DNA of 63,766 bases, filler included, from Stramenopiles sp. TOSAG23-6 (Eukaryota): assembly GCA_900128565.1 (NCBI GenBank). It is 13 parts of 13 records of this genome, joined end to end, with 100 filler letters (N's around TTAATTAATTAA, not from the genome) between each part and the next. Parts side by side here need not be neighbours in the genome. Positions count along the whole stretch, not along the records: positions 1 to 4,840 come from LT637043.1; positions 4,941 to 9,779 come from LT637044.1; positions 9,880 to 14,706 come from LT637045.1; 10 more parts are not named here. One strand, given 5' to 3'. Below, one piece after another: positions 1 through 11,183 of the stretch (positions within the stretch are counted from its first letter, which is position 1; every line of letters starts with the position of its first letter). The notes under the pieces were generated by a model. It saw only the letters and a program-made list of their open reading frames with translations. It ran no database searches and was not told where the DNA came from. The translations under genes were made by a program, and so were the position numbers.

Positions 1-26
1 ACATAAATATTTACAATTTCCTAACA

Positions 27-1325
27 ATGATTCCAGTAAAAATTGCTACAAAAGAAATGATAAAAGAAGATGATGGCCTTGTGTCAGCAATGTGGACTTC
101 GGTGGGAGATGCCGGTCATAAGGCTCACTACAATTTGAAGAAAAAAAGACAACTGATTAGGAAAACATCACCAGTCCACCAAATAAAAAGGGTAGTAAAA
201 ACCCATTCTAAAAAGACCTGGTTGTATAAAACGCTTCATCCAGAATCAAGCAGATTCTCCTCTCGTTTGTTTAGAGTGTTCATCACCGTTGTAATTCTGA
301 TGAGTGTTATTTCTTTTATTATGAGTACAGATGAAGTACAATCAACACATATGATATTGACTTTTATTGAATGGTTTACTACAGTTGTATTTACTATTGA
401 ATATTTGTTCCGTTTATTTACTTGCACTGAGAGTAAAAGTTGCAATAGTCGTTGGAAGTTTATTTTATCTTGTGAGGCCATGATTGATCTTATCTCAGTG
501 CTTCCATTCTATGCTGAACTATGCATCTACGCAGTTTCAGATGTACACACGACTTATTCTACAAAATGGATCAGTGCGGTTAGAATATTTCGGTTATTTC
601 GTATCCTCAAAAGTGAAAGTTTTATGGCTGTCTTTAAAAGCCTATTTCGTGTCATTTGGTACAACCGTACCATGTTATTAATGGCCCTCGTATTAGATAT
701 GTTTTTTGTTTTAATTAGCGCAAGCTGTCTGTATTACAGTCGTAATAGAGACCTACCTCCGGATGAGCAAGCATTTAATAGCATACCCGGGGCTTTTTAT
801 ATTTCTTTGCTCATGTTAACTGGCCAAGGTCTGCCAGATGGCAAAGGGAGAAGCTTTGAGGGACTGGTGGCGCAGTTTATACTTGGAACTACAGCATGCT
901 TCGCCATTGTGGTGTTTGCAATACCAGCTGGTATGCTTACCTGTGGGTTTCAGGCTGAGAGTGAACGACTACTTGTCGAAAAAAGAGAAAAACGGGAAAG
1001 AAGAAGAAGGAGAATATATTTGGAAAATGAAGATTTGGAAAATGAAGACGATATTGCATCAACTAGTGATGAAGAAATCAGAAAAGATGGTCTACGTACT
1101 CTTGCTAGTGTTGAATCAAAAGAAAATATAGATGATGAACTTTCTGATCTTGACAGACATGATCGTGAAAAAAGGGCTTCAAAAACTATTGATTATGAGG
1201 GTAACGTAGCATTTAAATTTACCTTTAAAGACCATTTGGAAAATTTGCGTACAATAAATTCTCTTCGAACAGACATTCGTGAATTGACGATGCAAGTACA
1301 ACATTTAATAACATTACAGGGATAG
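27..1325 (+). CDS. Voltage-gated K+-channel-like ion transport protein
   Basis: Hydrophobic S1-S6 pattern, IDLISVLPFY (S3), Arg-periodic S4 AVRIFRLFRILK, pore-like LMLTGQG, S6 FAIPAGML. Confidence 0.8.
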   Translation: MIPVKIATKEMIKEDDGLVSAMWTSVGDAGHKAHYNLKKKRQLIRKTSPVHQIKRVVKTHSKKTWLYKTLHPESSRFSSRLFRVFITVVILMSVISFIMSTDEVQSTHMILTFIEWFTTVVFTIEYLFRLFTCTESKSCNSRWKFILSCEAMIDLISVLPFYAELCIYAVSDVHTTYSTKWISAVRIFRLFRILKSESFMAVFKSLFRVIWYNRTMLLMALVLDMFFVLISASCLYYSRNRDLPPDEQAFNSIPGAFYISLLMLTGQGLPDGKGRSFEGLVAQFILGTTACFAIVVFAIPAGMLTCGFQAESERLLVEKREKRERRRRRIYLENEDLENEDDIASTSDEEIRKDGLRTLASVESKENIDDELSDLDRHDREKRASKTIDYEGNVAFKFTFKDHLENLRTINSLRTDIRELTMQVQHLITLQG

Positions 1326-1462
1326 AAACAATAAATATTTAAGTTTATATATAGTGTAGTATCCAATCTTGGTTATATAAAAACCTTGGTTATCCAAGTC
1401 GAATAGACAATTTATTTATTTGTTGAAAAATCCTTTTTCACCTTTTTTTTTGAACAAACAAT

Positions 1463-3578
1463 TCATTTATTTCTTTGAAAAGTTCTTATTCTCCTTTTTT
1501 TTTTTTTCGTATCAGATTCTCTTTGAAGAGGCTGTCTTTCTCGAACTTTCTGAATTTCATTTGCTGTGTTTAACTCAAGGGTTGTTTTTCTTCGATCTCC
1601 TTTTAAGTGTATCATGGAACAAATATGCTCCATAATAGTATTTGTTGTCACCCAATTGGACCATTTATCTGCTTGTAAATGTGCACGAAATGCTGAATTT
1701 GCTGCATGTTTGGCAAACTGTGCAGAGGCAGCCAGACACTGGCCTATTGTATGATGACCAACATGCCAGCCATGAACAATATCATTGTATTTTGGTACGC
1801 TTGGAATTATCCGTTCCAGTACGAAAACTTTATACTCTCCCACTGAAAGTTTTGCACCATCCTTTGTGGTTGGCATAATTGTTGGCACACCTGGTGGCCA
1901 TCTTGGGTCAACTACACTCAATATTTCGATTAGTCGTGATCTTGAAACAACTTTTTTGAAGAATCTATACGATTTATCACGTGCTCTGAGTACTATTCCA
2001 TTTTCTCTTTTGTTGTGATACTCCATTGAAACATTATTTGCTAACTCTTTTGTATTTTTTTTATATAGCTGTTTTGTTCTGGAAACTGAGATAAATAAAG
2101 CAGAGTCATCACTAGCACTAATCATAGTCTTTCGCTTTTGAATTTCACTAGGAGAAATGCCCATAACAGACCCCGTGCTGGTACCAGATTCATTCGTGTC
2201 CTGCAAAGAAATGACAGTTCTAAAAAACTCTTTTTCATGGATATTATTTTGAAATGAATTCTTAACTTCCTCAAGTGAAAAATACAATGGCAAAATCATA
2301 TCTATATCTAATGCTGATCTCACAGGCATTGACTTTGTTGTTGCGTGACTACTATTTGATAATCCTATATTTGTAAGTTTGTTTACATCCTGTATTTCTG
2401 TATCAATTTTTCTATTGTTTTTATCATTATCGTCACATTTTACCTCTTTTTCCTCAACTTCAATAGTTTTGTTTTCATCATCAGTATAGCTCAATAAATT
2501 TGTATTAAAATCAGACCATGCAACTGGTGGTTTGTATATACTTGGTACAGGAAAATGTTGAAAAGCAGCGTATTTTCGTCGTCTATTTTTTGGTGGTGTA
2601 TATAGCGTTATTATATCCGCTAGGTAATGCAATAATTCCCATGTAGCATGTGTACTATTTGAATTTAATAACTCTGGCATCCACCTACGGTCTCTTGCAA
2701 CAGCTGGATTTTTAGATGTTTCACTAAATAAATTTATGATTTCATTTCGTGTTATACTAACACAATATGACTTTAAAGTAGTATCATCAACTAGTCTAAA
2801 GTTGAGTACTGTATTAGAACTATCGGCGTCGTGTCCAATTACTTTAATATGGATACTATAAAAATTTCCAGCGATGATTCTTTTCGTGTCTAGTAAATCT
2901 AATTCCCAAGAAGATTCTATATCACGTTGTTTGTCATCAACATTTTTTTTACTTTTATTATTCGTGTTTACCAATTTACTACGAGGTATTGCATCTCCTC
3001 CAAGCAATGATAATCGTCCACTTGCCTCAGCTTCTTTTTTCAAGCGTATTCGAGTATCTTCTATTTCCGGATTTGGAGCCCCAAAATTCGTTTTTTTAAT
3101 TGACCATTTTGCTTGAGCAGATTCATCGTCATGAATGACCATTGGATGAGGATCCCGCTTTACTTTTCCTGTTTGAAATAATTGATTATTGGCAACTTTA
3201 TCAGATTTAAATCGCATGGAGAATGCAGAGTCTTTGAGAATATTTGGTACATTTCTTCTTTTACGTTTTGGTTTCAATATATTACTTGATTTGCCTGATA
3301 ACTCTTTTGGAACAACATTATTTGAAGATTCTTTTGGAACAACATCATTTGAAGATTCTCTTAATGATAATTCTCGATTTTCCCTTAATTTACTGAAATA
3401 AGAAATTTCAAATTTGTTCGGCTCAGCTGCATACAATTGTTTCACTATAATATCATTTGCTTGGAGACAAGGCCTACCATCAACTTTAAGCATTGCATCA
3501 TACAGTAAGGATAATTCAGTAGTTGATGGTTCCTTGCCCTTAGTATTATTTTTTGAACTCTCAGAATCATCAAGATAT
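1463..3578 (-). CDS. Unknown protein, terminal exon
   Basis: 676-aa ORF open upstream to a family-intron acceptor at 3579. Confidence 0.6.
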
Positions 3579-3681
3579 ATATATTGTGAAAAAGTATTTT
3601 TGTAGTAAAAAAATCGTTAAGTACGAAATTTTCTATCAAAAAATAACAAAGTAGGTAAAAAATTCAATTTTGAAAACGTAC
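3579..3681 (-). mobile_element. Introner-like intron GT..AT (103 nt)
   Basis: AT|GTACGTTTTC...CACAATATAT on minus strand. Confidence 0.75.
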
Positions 3682-3749
3682 ATACCCAGTAAGCATTCGG
3701 TAAATTAGAACTCCAAAAGCCCACCAGTCCAATGGTCTCGCACTCCAAC
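3682..3749 (-). CDS. Protein-kinase subdomain IX micro-exon
   Basis: Translates WSARPLDWWAFGVLIYRMLTGY between two family introns. Confidence 0.7.
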
Positions 3750-3847
3750 ATATATTGTGAAAAATATTTTTTTTTAATAAAAAATTGTTAGCTGTACAAT
3801 TTTCTACCAAAAAAAAAAAAATGTAAAAATGTAGGATGAAAACGTAT
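3750..3847 (-). mobile_element. Introner-like intron AT..AT (98 nt)
   Basis: AT|ATACGTTTTC...GCTAAC...CACAATATAT. Confidence 0.7.
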
Positions 3848-4628
3848 ATTGTTTTGGTAACAATTTATGATTATTCACAAATGTTGCTTTCGATTGGCGA
3901 TCAAAACAAACGTATATCTTTCCACCATTATCATTTATATCTGATGTAGTAGCCTCTTTCCGATGTCCAGTAGCTGTCCGAACAATCCAATGTCGTGCAA
4001 ACCGATCCCTTGAAATTACCTCCAAAATAAATTGTAAACTACCATTTAACCTTAGCGAGTAACGCCAAGTCGTTGCAAAACGTTTTGTTTCAATCTCTTC
4101 ACATTCTATTATTATATATGTATTTAAAACTCTAAACTCGGCCCTATCCTTATACTCACAGGAATATTTCTTGTGGAAGACGGGGTTTCGTGCATCTCCG
4201 TCTAAAGTTACTAAAAGTTGACCTGTGCTGATATCATGAGAAAGTTTTAACTCGTGTTTTGTATCAGAATGATTCACAAATATTGGAAATAAAAGACCAA
4301 TGATACGGAAACGTAATGGTGAAAGTAAACTATTCACGTCTTCGTGTATTTGCTTGGCTGTCTCGTCAAGTGTCGCACCTACAAATCGATAGCCAATACC
4401 TTTGTCTGAGACATTTTTTAGATTTGCGTTGGTTTTTCGAATTTTGTTTCCTGTAGTATTTATACTCTTTAATTTACTTTGAAAAGATGATTCTAATGAT
4501 CCAATGGAACCAGTTTGAGGCAGATTGGGTGTTTCAGTATTCGTAACTTTTTTTGTATTCATAGATAGAGTTTCACTGAGATCGGTCTGCAGTAACTCTA
4601 AAAGAATTTCATGTGGTTTACTCGACAT
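3848..4628 (-). CDS. Unknown protein, first exon
   Basis: ATG at 4628, ORF runs into family intron at 3847. Confidence 0.55.
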
Positions 4629-4840
4629 GACTCTTCGAAAGTTAGTCGACTATAAAAAGATTCCTTATATTGCAAATTTGTAAACTTTTATGAAAATATC
4701 AGCATCACGTTCAATATATATACATCTTCTCGACACATGTTGGCCTCGTGATATAACAAAAGAATCACACAAATGAAGATTATTTCGATATACTATACCA
4801 TATTAAACTTACAATATATAGTAGTCAAAACAAAACGGAG

Positions 4841-4940
4841 NNNNNNNNNNNNNNNNNNNNNNNNNNNNNNNNNNNNNNNNNNNNTTAATTAATTAANNNN
4901 NNNNNNNNNNNNNNNNNNNNNNNNNNNNNNNNNNNNNNNN
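4841..4940. other. Artificial contig spacer (first of 12)
   Basis: N44-TTAATTAATTAA-N44, also at 9780, 14707, 19634, 24556, 29469, 34378, 39287, 44192, 49095, 53994, 58881. Confidence 0.97.
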
Positions 4941-4986
4941 CAAATTTAAGTTTTTTTTTTTTTTGAAATATTTTTCCAAAATACAT

Positions 4987-5379
4987 AGCAAAATTTGGAA
5001 TTTCCTTCGAAAATTTTCTTTACCCTATCATGTACGTTTTCATCATTTATTTCATTTTGTTTTTATAAAAATTTTGTACCTAACATTTTTTTTTTTAAAT
5101 ATTTTTTCAAGATACATGAGATGTATGATAGAGGATATACATCTCTTGGTAATGTAAAAAATACAAGTCCAAATCCAGCCCTTGTATGTTTTATATGAAT
5201 TTCTAATTTAATTTATTTTTTTTTTGAAATATTTTTTCACAATACTTTTAAGGAGTAGAAACAAAATAAGTGTTGGTACACTAGAAGGCTCAGATCCAGA
5301 TTATTTGCCTGCATATTTTTTACCTCAGGAAGACCATGGATTGGAAAGGTCAGGTAGGAAATCAAAAAGTAATAAATAA
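4987..5379 (+). CDS. FAD1: FAD synthase (PAPS-reductase family), last 3 exons 4987-5031, 5118-5183, 5248-5379
   Basis: Spliced: IWNFLRKFSLPYH|EMYDRGYTSLGNVKNTSPNPAL|LRS...YLPAYFL...LERSGR, the FAD1 C-terminal motifs. Confidence 0.85.
5032..5117 (+). mobile_element. Introner-like intron GT..AT (86 nt)
   Basis: Removal restores LPYH|EMYDRGYTSLG. Confidence 0.85.
5184..5247 (+). mobile_element. Short introner-like intron GT..TT (64 nt)
   Basis: TT|GTATGTTTT...CACAATACTT; removal restores frame to FAD1 C-terminus. Confidence 0.7.
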
Positions 5380-5613
5380 TTAGTACATGTGTTTTGTTTG
5401 TATAATATATTATTATGAAAATTGATGAATATTTGCTTTTTTTTTTTGGCGAAGTTGATTTCAAAAGTTGAAACGAAAGTGTAACTGTAGACGTCAAAGT
5501 TACTACGTTAAAACGATTGTAATAAAAAAAACATTTATTATTATTGTAAGCTGCTACTACGGCTACTTCAAGCGTCGCTTGCACTATCTCCACAAAAGTG
5601 CATCTTTCTTTTA

Positions 5614-8600
5614 ATGACAATGCCTCATCAGAAGGCATACATCAATCATAATTCTAATTCTTTTAACTCACAAGAATCTACTTCAGCAAAGAATAATCGG
5701 AAGCTGACTTTATATCGTCGCAAAGTGATTTCGTGTACAACAAAGTCAAATTCTCCTTTCAACTTTATTTATGACAAGACATTCACTCCTGGAAATGATT
5801 TTTTTCAATTACTTTGCGTGCCACCAAATAGTGCGAAAGAATCGATAAAGCCATTAAAAATTTGGATTCCAGATACATTAGTGTATCACCAAACAAGTGA
5901 TGACTCTGGGAATTTAGATGTTGAACCAACTTGGTATTATACCGATAGAAATGGGAACTTACTTTGTACGCATCAGTTTAATCAAGATAATGTACAACGA
6001 AAAATTGGAAATCAAAATCATCCAAGTGTTGGTGTTGCATTTATTAAAACAACAAAAACAATGCGCTGTGGTGCCGCAGTGTCATACGAGGGTAATACAT
6101 TAAAACTGGTCAATACAAAGGAATTAGGAGAATTTCACTCAAAGTCGAAAAACCAAAGTAATAATATCGGCGAAACGTGCGCAGTACAACGCTTCATACT
6201 CAGCAAAAGTAAGTATGCATCAATCACTAGATGTACTTGGGAAAAGGACAAATGTACAATAGCGCATATTATTACTAATAATGAATCTCGTTTAAATGGC
6301 AGCCCTAACCCTACTTACAAGGGAAAAATAGAAACCAAAAATTATCAACGCTTCTGTACACAATTACAAACTGATTTTTCGTGTACTGTGCAAAAAGTCA
6401 GTGGTGTTGTTGTAAAAGTTATGGACAAAATTCTTAAAAATATTGTGCTTTTTATTCGAAATGTTCATAAAATATTTCTGACAAAAATAGTTGCAGATTT
6501 TATATTTGATCATGAACGAACTCCCTGGCTTCTCGAAGTGAAAGCATTCCAAATTCAAAGCAGCACTTTACAAAAGCCTATACTTCTTGCAATGCGGGAA
6601 CGTGAAGGAAATACTCAGATTGGAAAGATTCATTTAGTTACAGCAAAAAAATCGTTTGTATCACAAAATGGAAAAATATATCCGGTTGAGGTAAAACCCT
6701 TTAAAGGAAATGTTCATACGAATAGACCCCGATCCAATATAGAAGGAAAATTAACAAGACGGTGTGGTCTCTGTGGGCAAAGATTACGCATAAATAAGTT
6801 AAAGTATTCACTAACACTGCAAATGATAAACTCAATAAAACGTCATATTATTGGTAGGAAAGAATCTTCTGTTATTGAAATGCCATGGTTGTACGTTTTC
6901 ATCATGAATTTGAAATTTTGCTTTTTTTCATACGAAATTTTGTATCTAACTTTTTTTTTGAAAGATTTTTTCACAATACATGTTACCAAACTGGGGAAAA
7001 TTAGGCCCAAATAGTCACGGAGTTGGTATTATCAAGAATGGTAAATCGAATGGTTTAGCTGGGCGAGCAGGTAGATTTAAAAGTAGTTCTAGTAAGGATA
7101 AATATAGTACAAATTATCAACTTTCTAATGAATACAGACATTGGCCAATCTGTGAAATGTGTAATGAACTTTATCACTCGGAATCAAGTCTNTCAAGCAT
7201 CGAGAAGATATATTCTTTAAAAACTGGGTTAGTTGTAATGGATAATAATGAAACAACAGATGGAGTTGGGAATACATACGATGAAAAACAGATTGAAAAA
7301 CTACATACTTCTAGAGATGATATTAACTATATACCAATGATGGCAAATCATCGTCTTCCTAGTTTAACAATTTGTCGATTTATGATTGCTTTTCATTCTT
7401 TACTTTTTCCACCCAAAAGACTTTATGCTTATGCTGATGCATTGTATAAAAAATACAATGAAAACATTCCCAGCTGGATGAAGCCAAGACTCGAATGTAC
7501 ATTTCTAGGTAGTACGACATCGGTTGCCATCCCAATTTCAATGCAAGACATGTCAAAAGAGTATAATAAGACAAAAAATAAAACATTTGGTTCAGTTCAT
7601 CGTGAGCGTACACCGACGATTAAATTAAATCGTCTTCAAATTCGTGAATTTTTGGTTTCGGGGACACCTTTCACAAATACTCCAGACACTGTAATACCCT
7701 CTGAAACAAACAATATTGCAGCAAGAAATTGCAAAGGCGGTGGACTTGAAAAGTTTCTTTTAAATCAAAAGTTATTACATGTTGAACTATGGATTCCATC
7801 TGTAGGTGAATTAGACAATGATGTGCAATACGCTGGTAAAAATATTCAACCTTCTGCACATGAAATAGTATGGGAGCAGTGTGGTACTGCTGATTTTCGA
7901 TTATCGGCATTTACTAATCCTTATCTTACTGAACAGCAACAGTTTTGTCCCATTCGATTATCAGAGTCTACTTTATCTCAACATGTAAGATATAAAAAAG
8001 ATAAACATGATGAAAACAAAATCAAATCTGGCGGCGAAAAAATAGACAGCGAAAGAAAAAAACAAAAAGAACCACTTCTATATGCAACATTGGGACTTGA
8101 AAGAATGCGAGTGTTGCCGAAAGAATACTTAGATACTGATGGACTTGTATGTCGTGTGAAATCCATAGATGAAGTATGTGGTGGTGCTGGGGTATATTTA
8201 CCTGCCAAGGGTGTCCATATGACTTCTACGTCTCCTTTACCGGAAAAGTGGATGAATATTCTCACTGGTAAAGCATCGCATACTTCATCAAATACATTTG
8301 CATTTAATCCGGGGTCACAAAAAAAACAGAAAAATGTACAAAAGAAAGAAGTGGGTTCTCAAGTTAAGAAAGAATGGAAAGAATCTATTTGGTGTCTACA
8401 AATTAACTTTAACTCTGCTAACAATTTACACTGTCTATTTCCTTNTAAAGTTGCATCAGACTCTGATAAGATAGACGCAGNTAATTCAACCTCCAACGGG
8501 AAGAATGATTCACCGAATATTTCACAGTCTGGTGGACAAATAGCATTTTCATTTTCATTATTTGGAAATCACTGTGAAACTGAACTGTTGAAATTTCAAG

Positions 8601-9403
8601 AAGTGAGTCCAGGATTGAAAAATGTCGGATTTGTCGATATGAGCAGCACCTTTTTAGTATATTTGCGAGGCCCTTTGAGTAAAATTCGCAGTGTTTTTAG
8701 TCAGCAAAATGGATTTGTAATTAAGGCTAACATTTCTCGGTATCCAAATACTGTTGAAAAATCTACAAATAAAGTACNAAATGTAAAAGATGGAGCTAGA
8801 AAAGATGAAAGNACTGCAGGTGAAAATACAAATTCGCATATAGTANCATCGGAGTTGTTATCCGCATCTTGTACAGTTGATTGGCCTAACTTAGCTATCA
8901 CTGGCCACGTTGAAAACACATTTAACATAAAGTGTATCAGCAAGACTGGTGAATCAGAATATTCATCTGCAACACAAAGGGAAAAAATAAATACACCGCA
9001 GGCAGTTGCCACTCTTAGTAGTAGCGACTATTTCCCTGCCTATCTTGACTTATCATTGCAATTATTTAGAGTCGGTCCTACTAATTTAGGTGAGACCATG
9101 GACACACAACAGCTTTTGAAGCAAATGAATTTTCACGCAAATCTTAGATCTACTGTAAATTCTGGATATTTCAACCTAGAAAAATGTGACAAACATAGTG
9201 CAGCAAAAATAATCCAAACTGCTTACAGAAAACGAAAATCACACCAGAAAGTAGACAATGAGAAAAATCAAAAGTACATTACAAATGTTGCTATATTTAA
9301 ACATGTAAATATCAATTCCTCAAGCAAACATGAAGAGGAAGAGCTCTTAGAAGTGCTGGTCAGTAAAGACACAGGAATTCTATACCAGTTATCCAGAAAG
9401 TGA
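5614..9403 (+). CDS. Large unknown protein with C-terminal IQ motif; exons 5614-6890, 6982-9403
   Basis: Two long ORFs joined in frame by removing 6891-6981; AAKIIQTAYRK. Confidence 0.75.
6891..6981 (+). mobile_element. Introner-like intron GT..AT (91 nt)
   Basis: Resolves frameshift between 466-aa and 807-aa ORFs; first downstream AG is out of frame. Confidence 0.85.
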
Positions 9404-9552
9404 TCAGAAATTATTGTTATTTTAGATTTCTATTTGAAGAATAAAAAATTCAATACAAAAAACACAAAAAATACCTAAGTCTTTAATTTTTATTGTCCAA
9501 TATATCAATATATAATTATTACAACGTAAAATAAAGTTGATTACCTTTAACA

Positions 9553-9689
9553 CTAAACTTTAGCATCACAAGTTACATCATACTGATTTTCACATTTTAC
9601 GTTATCTTGATCACATCCATCAAGTGCTTCTGCCCAAAGTCGCCAGCGGGGTTCTGCCCCATTGCCTTGTGTCCGAATTGTTTCAATAA
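9553..9689 (-). CDS. Terminal exon of unknown gene
   Basis: Open frame after family intron 9690-9779. Confidence 0.45.
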
Positions 9690-9779
9690 ATGTATTTTGG
9701 AAAAATATTTCAAAAAAAAANGGTNGGNAACAAANTTNGTACGAAAATAAATTCGAAATTGAAAAAAAATAAAACATAC
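9690..9779 (-). mobile_element. Introner-like intron GT..AT (90 nt)
   Basis: Matches family consensus, some Ns. Confidence 0.75.
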
Positions 9780-9895
9780 NNNNNNNNNNNNNNNNNNNNN
9801 NNNNNNNNNNNNNNNNNNNNNNNTTAATTAATTAANNNNNNNNNNNNNNNNNNNNNNNNNNNNNNNNNNNNNNNNNNNNGATGAAGAAAACGTAC

Positions 9896-10569
9896 TTTTT
9901 TCCTATCCAAAATGACGCCCAACTAAGAACCAATATATATACTGGATCACGGTTATAAATGGACATATAAGAAAAAAAACAGAACAACAAAAATATTAAT
10001 CCTATTGCTATATCATCACCATAATTAGGAGAGTGAAAACCAGAAGCAACAAATGAAATCGTGAAATTCAAAAACGTGGCAACCGTCACCCAAGCTGTAT
10101 ATATACTAAATACTACATCAACAACGATTATCTCAGTATATGAAACTCGTGGTGAATGCCATAATCCTGCTTTTTGATAAATAGTAAACAATGCTGCCAG
10201 GAGGGACATCAAAAGTATTGAACTGAGCCATACAGCGAGAGGTTTCTCCAACGTAAAGACGATTATCCAGAAAGCGTTTAAGAAGCAAGAAAGACAAAAG
10301 AGACCTCCAATTTTATCAAGAGCACCAATCCTTTTTCGATTTGCCGGTAATGCTTGAAATACAACAAAACAAGCCAATCCAGAATATATCACTCCCCAGA
10401 TCGAAAAAGCTGAGCCAGCAGGAGTAAGAAAGTTCTCGTACAACTTTGAGACGGCACCTATGCTAGCTTGACCCTTGTATAATTTCCCCGCACCACCAAG
10501 AGCATTAATTACTATGCAAAATATAAATGAAAGAATATTGAGAACCCATAAAGGAAGAACGCCCATCAC
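9896..10569 (-). CDS. TspO/MBR-like multi-pass membrane protein, first exon
   Basis: TPAGSAFSIWGVIY and YTAWVTVATFLN motifs; runs into GTACGTTTT at 9895. Confidence 0.7.
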
Positions 10570-10831
10570 TGAAGATCAAAAAGAGCAATATCTCGAAGGA
10601 TGTGTTCCCGAGTCTGACCGTGTTTTTGAAAAAAATCGAATTGAAAAAATCGAAAAAAAAAATTATAGCTAAAATAATAGCAAATTCAAAAATTGAGTCA
10701 GCAAAAATCTCAAATCATCGAAAACAAAGGTCCACTCCTAACTCTACAACTTCCCAGAGCTATTAATATAGGTAATATTGGAAACATTAAGAGGAAACAC
10801 ACACCACATTTAACACACTAGTACGTGTATA

Positions 10832-11101
10832 ATGATAAGAATAGCATCTCATTGCGCTTTCAGGCAAATATGTAAGCCGCGCCAAACTTCTATAGCATCC
10901 TTTTGTACGTCTACTTCCCCCACTTCCAATTCTAGTTCTGAGTCATCTTCCAGCAGTAATAGCCAAAATGGTTCAACGACTTCTCAGACTGATTCTCGTG
11001 GTCGCGATATTGCATTTAAGCCCAACGATAGTGGTTGGGGATATAATGACCAATATGCTAATAAGTTCGATAGTATTTTTGGCGGTAAGTCAAAAAAGTA
11101 G
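10832..11101 (+). CDS. Small protein with probable mitochondrial presequence
   Basis: Arg/Ser-rich N-terminus, C-terminal GWGYNDQYANKFDSIFGGK. Confidence 0.55.
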   Translation: MIRIASHCAFRQICKPRQTSIASFCTSTSPTSNSSSESSSSSNSQNGSTTSQTDSRGRDIAFKPNDSGWGYNDQYANKFDSIFGGKSKK

Positions 11102-11183
11102 TGCCCTTTATCTGAACGTATCAAAAATGGACTTCATAACATAATGCTAACACAATAAACATCTTTTTATATTTGCGAGTCAC

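Noticed and set aside
4841-4940. TTAATTAATTAA recurring every ~4.9 kb
   Set aside because: Artificial all-frame-stop spacer flanked by Ns; contigs are sorted by decreasing length, so adjacency across spacers means nothing
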